Shown piece by piece: positions 63,415 through 64,000 of a stretch of 64,000 nt of DNA. This stretch comes from Mobula hypostoma (Eukaryota), in the NCBI RefSeq assembly GCF_963921235.1, contig NC_086108.1, positions 50,718,001 to 50,782,000 on the forward strand. Direction: 5' to 3'. Under the pieces are notes generated by a model. It saw only the letters and a list, made by a program, of their open reading frames with translations. It searched no databases and was not told the origin of the DNA. How positions within the stretch are numbered: the stretch's first letter is position 1; each line of letters starts with the position of its first letter. The position numbers and the translations under genes were made by a program.

Positions 63415-63935
63415 GGGCCAGCATGGTAGCAGAGCTCTTTACAGTACCAGCAACCCGGGTTCACTTCCTGCCACTGCCTGTAAGGAGTTCATAGTCCAAA
63501 GACATACCGGTTGGTGGGTTAAATAAAAAGTCTGTCCCGAGCCTTATAGGCTCATCAGGCTGGTGCTTATGCCAGTTTCCGTGGTGTGAAGCGACTGAAC
63601 GTACAAGACTCCCCCTCGGATAGGACACCAGTCTATCGCGAGGTTAACCCCCAGCATTTTGCTGGTACCCATTTTCAGCTGAGTGGGCTAGAGAAATGCG
63701 TGGTTAAGTGCCTTGCTCAAGGACACAACACACTGCCTCGGCTGGGGCTCGAACTCACGACCTTCAGATCGCGAGTCCAATGCCTTAACCACTTGGCCGC
63801 GTGCCACACAGGTGCATTAATTAGTTATTGTAAATTGTTCTGTGATTAGGCTAGGGTTAAATTGTGGTTACTAGGAGGCACGACTCAAATGGCCAGAAGT
63901 GCCTACTGCATGCCGTATCTCAATAAATAAATAAG
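63415..63935 (+). mobile_element. HE1/V-SINE-like SINE interrupted by another SINE
   Basis: Homologous to 23174-23400; (AATA)n tail. Confidence 0.7.
63522..63810 (-). mobile_element. tRNA-derived SINE with CORE-like and Nin-like segments
   Basis: A box GGCCAAGTGG, B box AGTTCGAGCC; GTGTCCTTGAGCAAGGCACTTAACC; terminal GAGCC-TATAA-GGCTC hairpin. Confidence 0.75.
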
Positions 63936-64000
63936 TAAGAAAGCATGGAAATACCTCTACTTCCTTAGGCCTTTGTGCAAACACAAAAAGAAAGAAAAAG

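Noticed and set aside
63530..63560. CTGATGA plus hairpin as a hammerhead
   Set aside because: No GAAA or cleavage triplet; it is the SINE 3' stem-loop
63735..63805. tRNA gene (also about 21540-21605)
   Set aside because: SINE heads continuing into the SINE body

Overview
Eukaryotic, repeat-saturated vertebrate DNA. The HE1/V-SINE-type SINEs and the CR1, Rex1 and Penelope families point to a cartilaginous fish, probably a ray (inference). No intact host gene was recognised. Most of the window is nested transposons: CR1, L1, RTE, Rex1/Babar, Nimb/I and Penelope-like retroelements; Gypsy, BEL/Pao and a true retrovirus-like LTR element; Tc1, pogo/Tigger, Harbinger and hAT DNA transposons; tRNA-derived SINEs. 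The only long uninterrupted ORF is a young 5'-truncated CR1 ORF2 (48225-50834). Best leads: (1) a decayed endogenous retrovirus (33926-37768, minus) with spuma/class III/loki-like RT, retroviral RNase H, tRNA-Leu PBS and a Gag zinc knuckle; (2) about eight plus-strand exon-like islands (14.2-37.9 kb) reading as ricin-B/mannose-receptor CysR-like modules, suggesting a dead tandem beta-trefoil lectin gene; (3) more than a dozen Penelope-borne minimal hammerhead ribozyme motifs, some in fold-back or about 126-bp mini-insertions with clean TSDs. All family calls come from motif recognition by eye, not database searches. Boundaries without a stated TSD or TIR are approximate.
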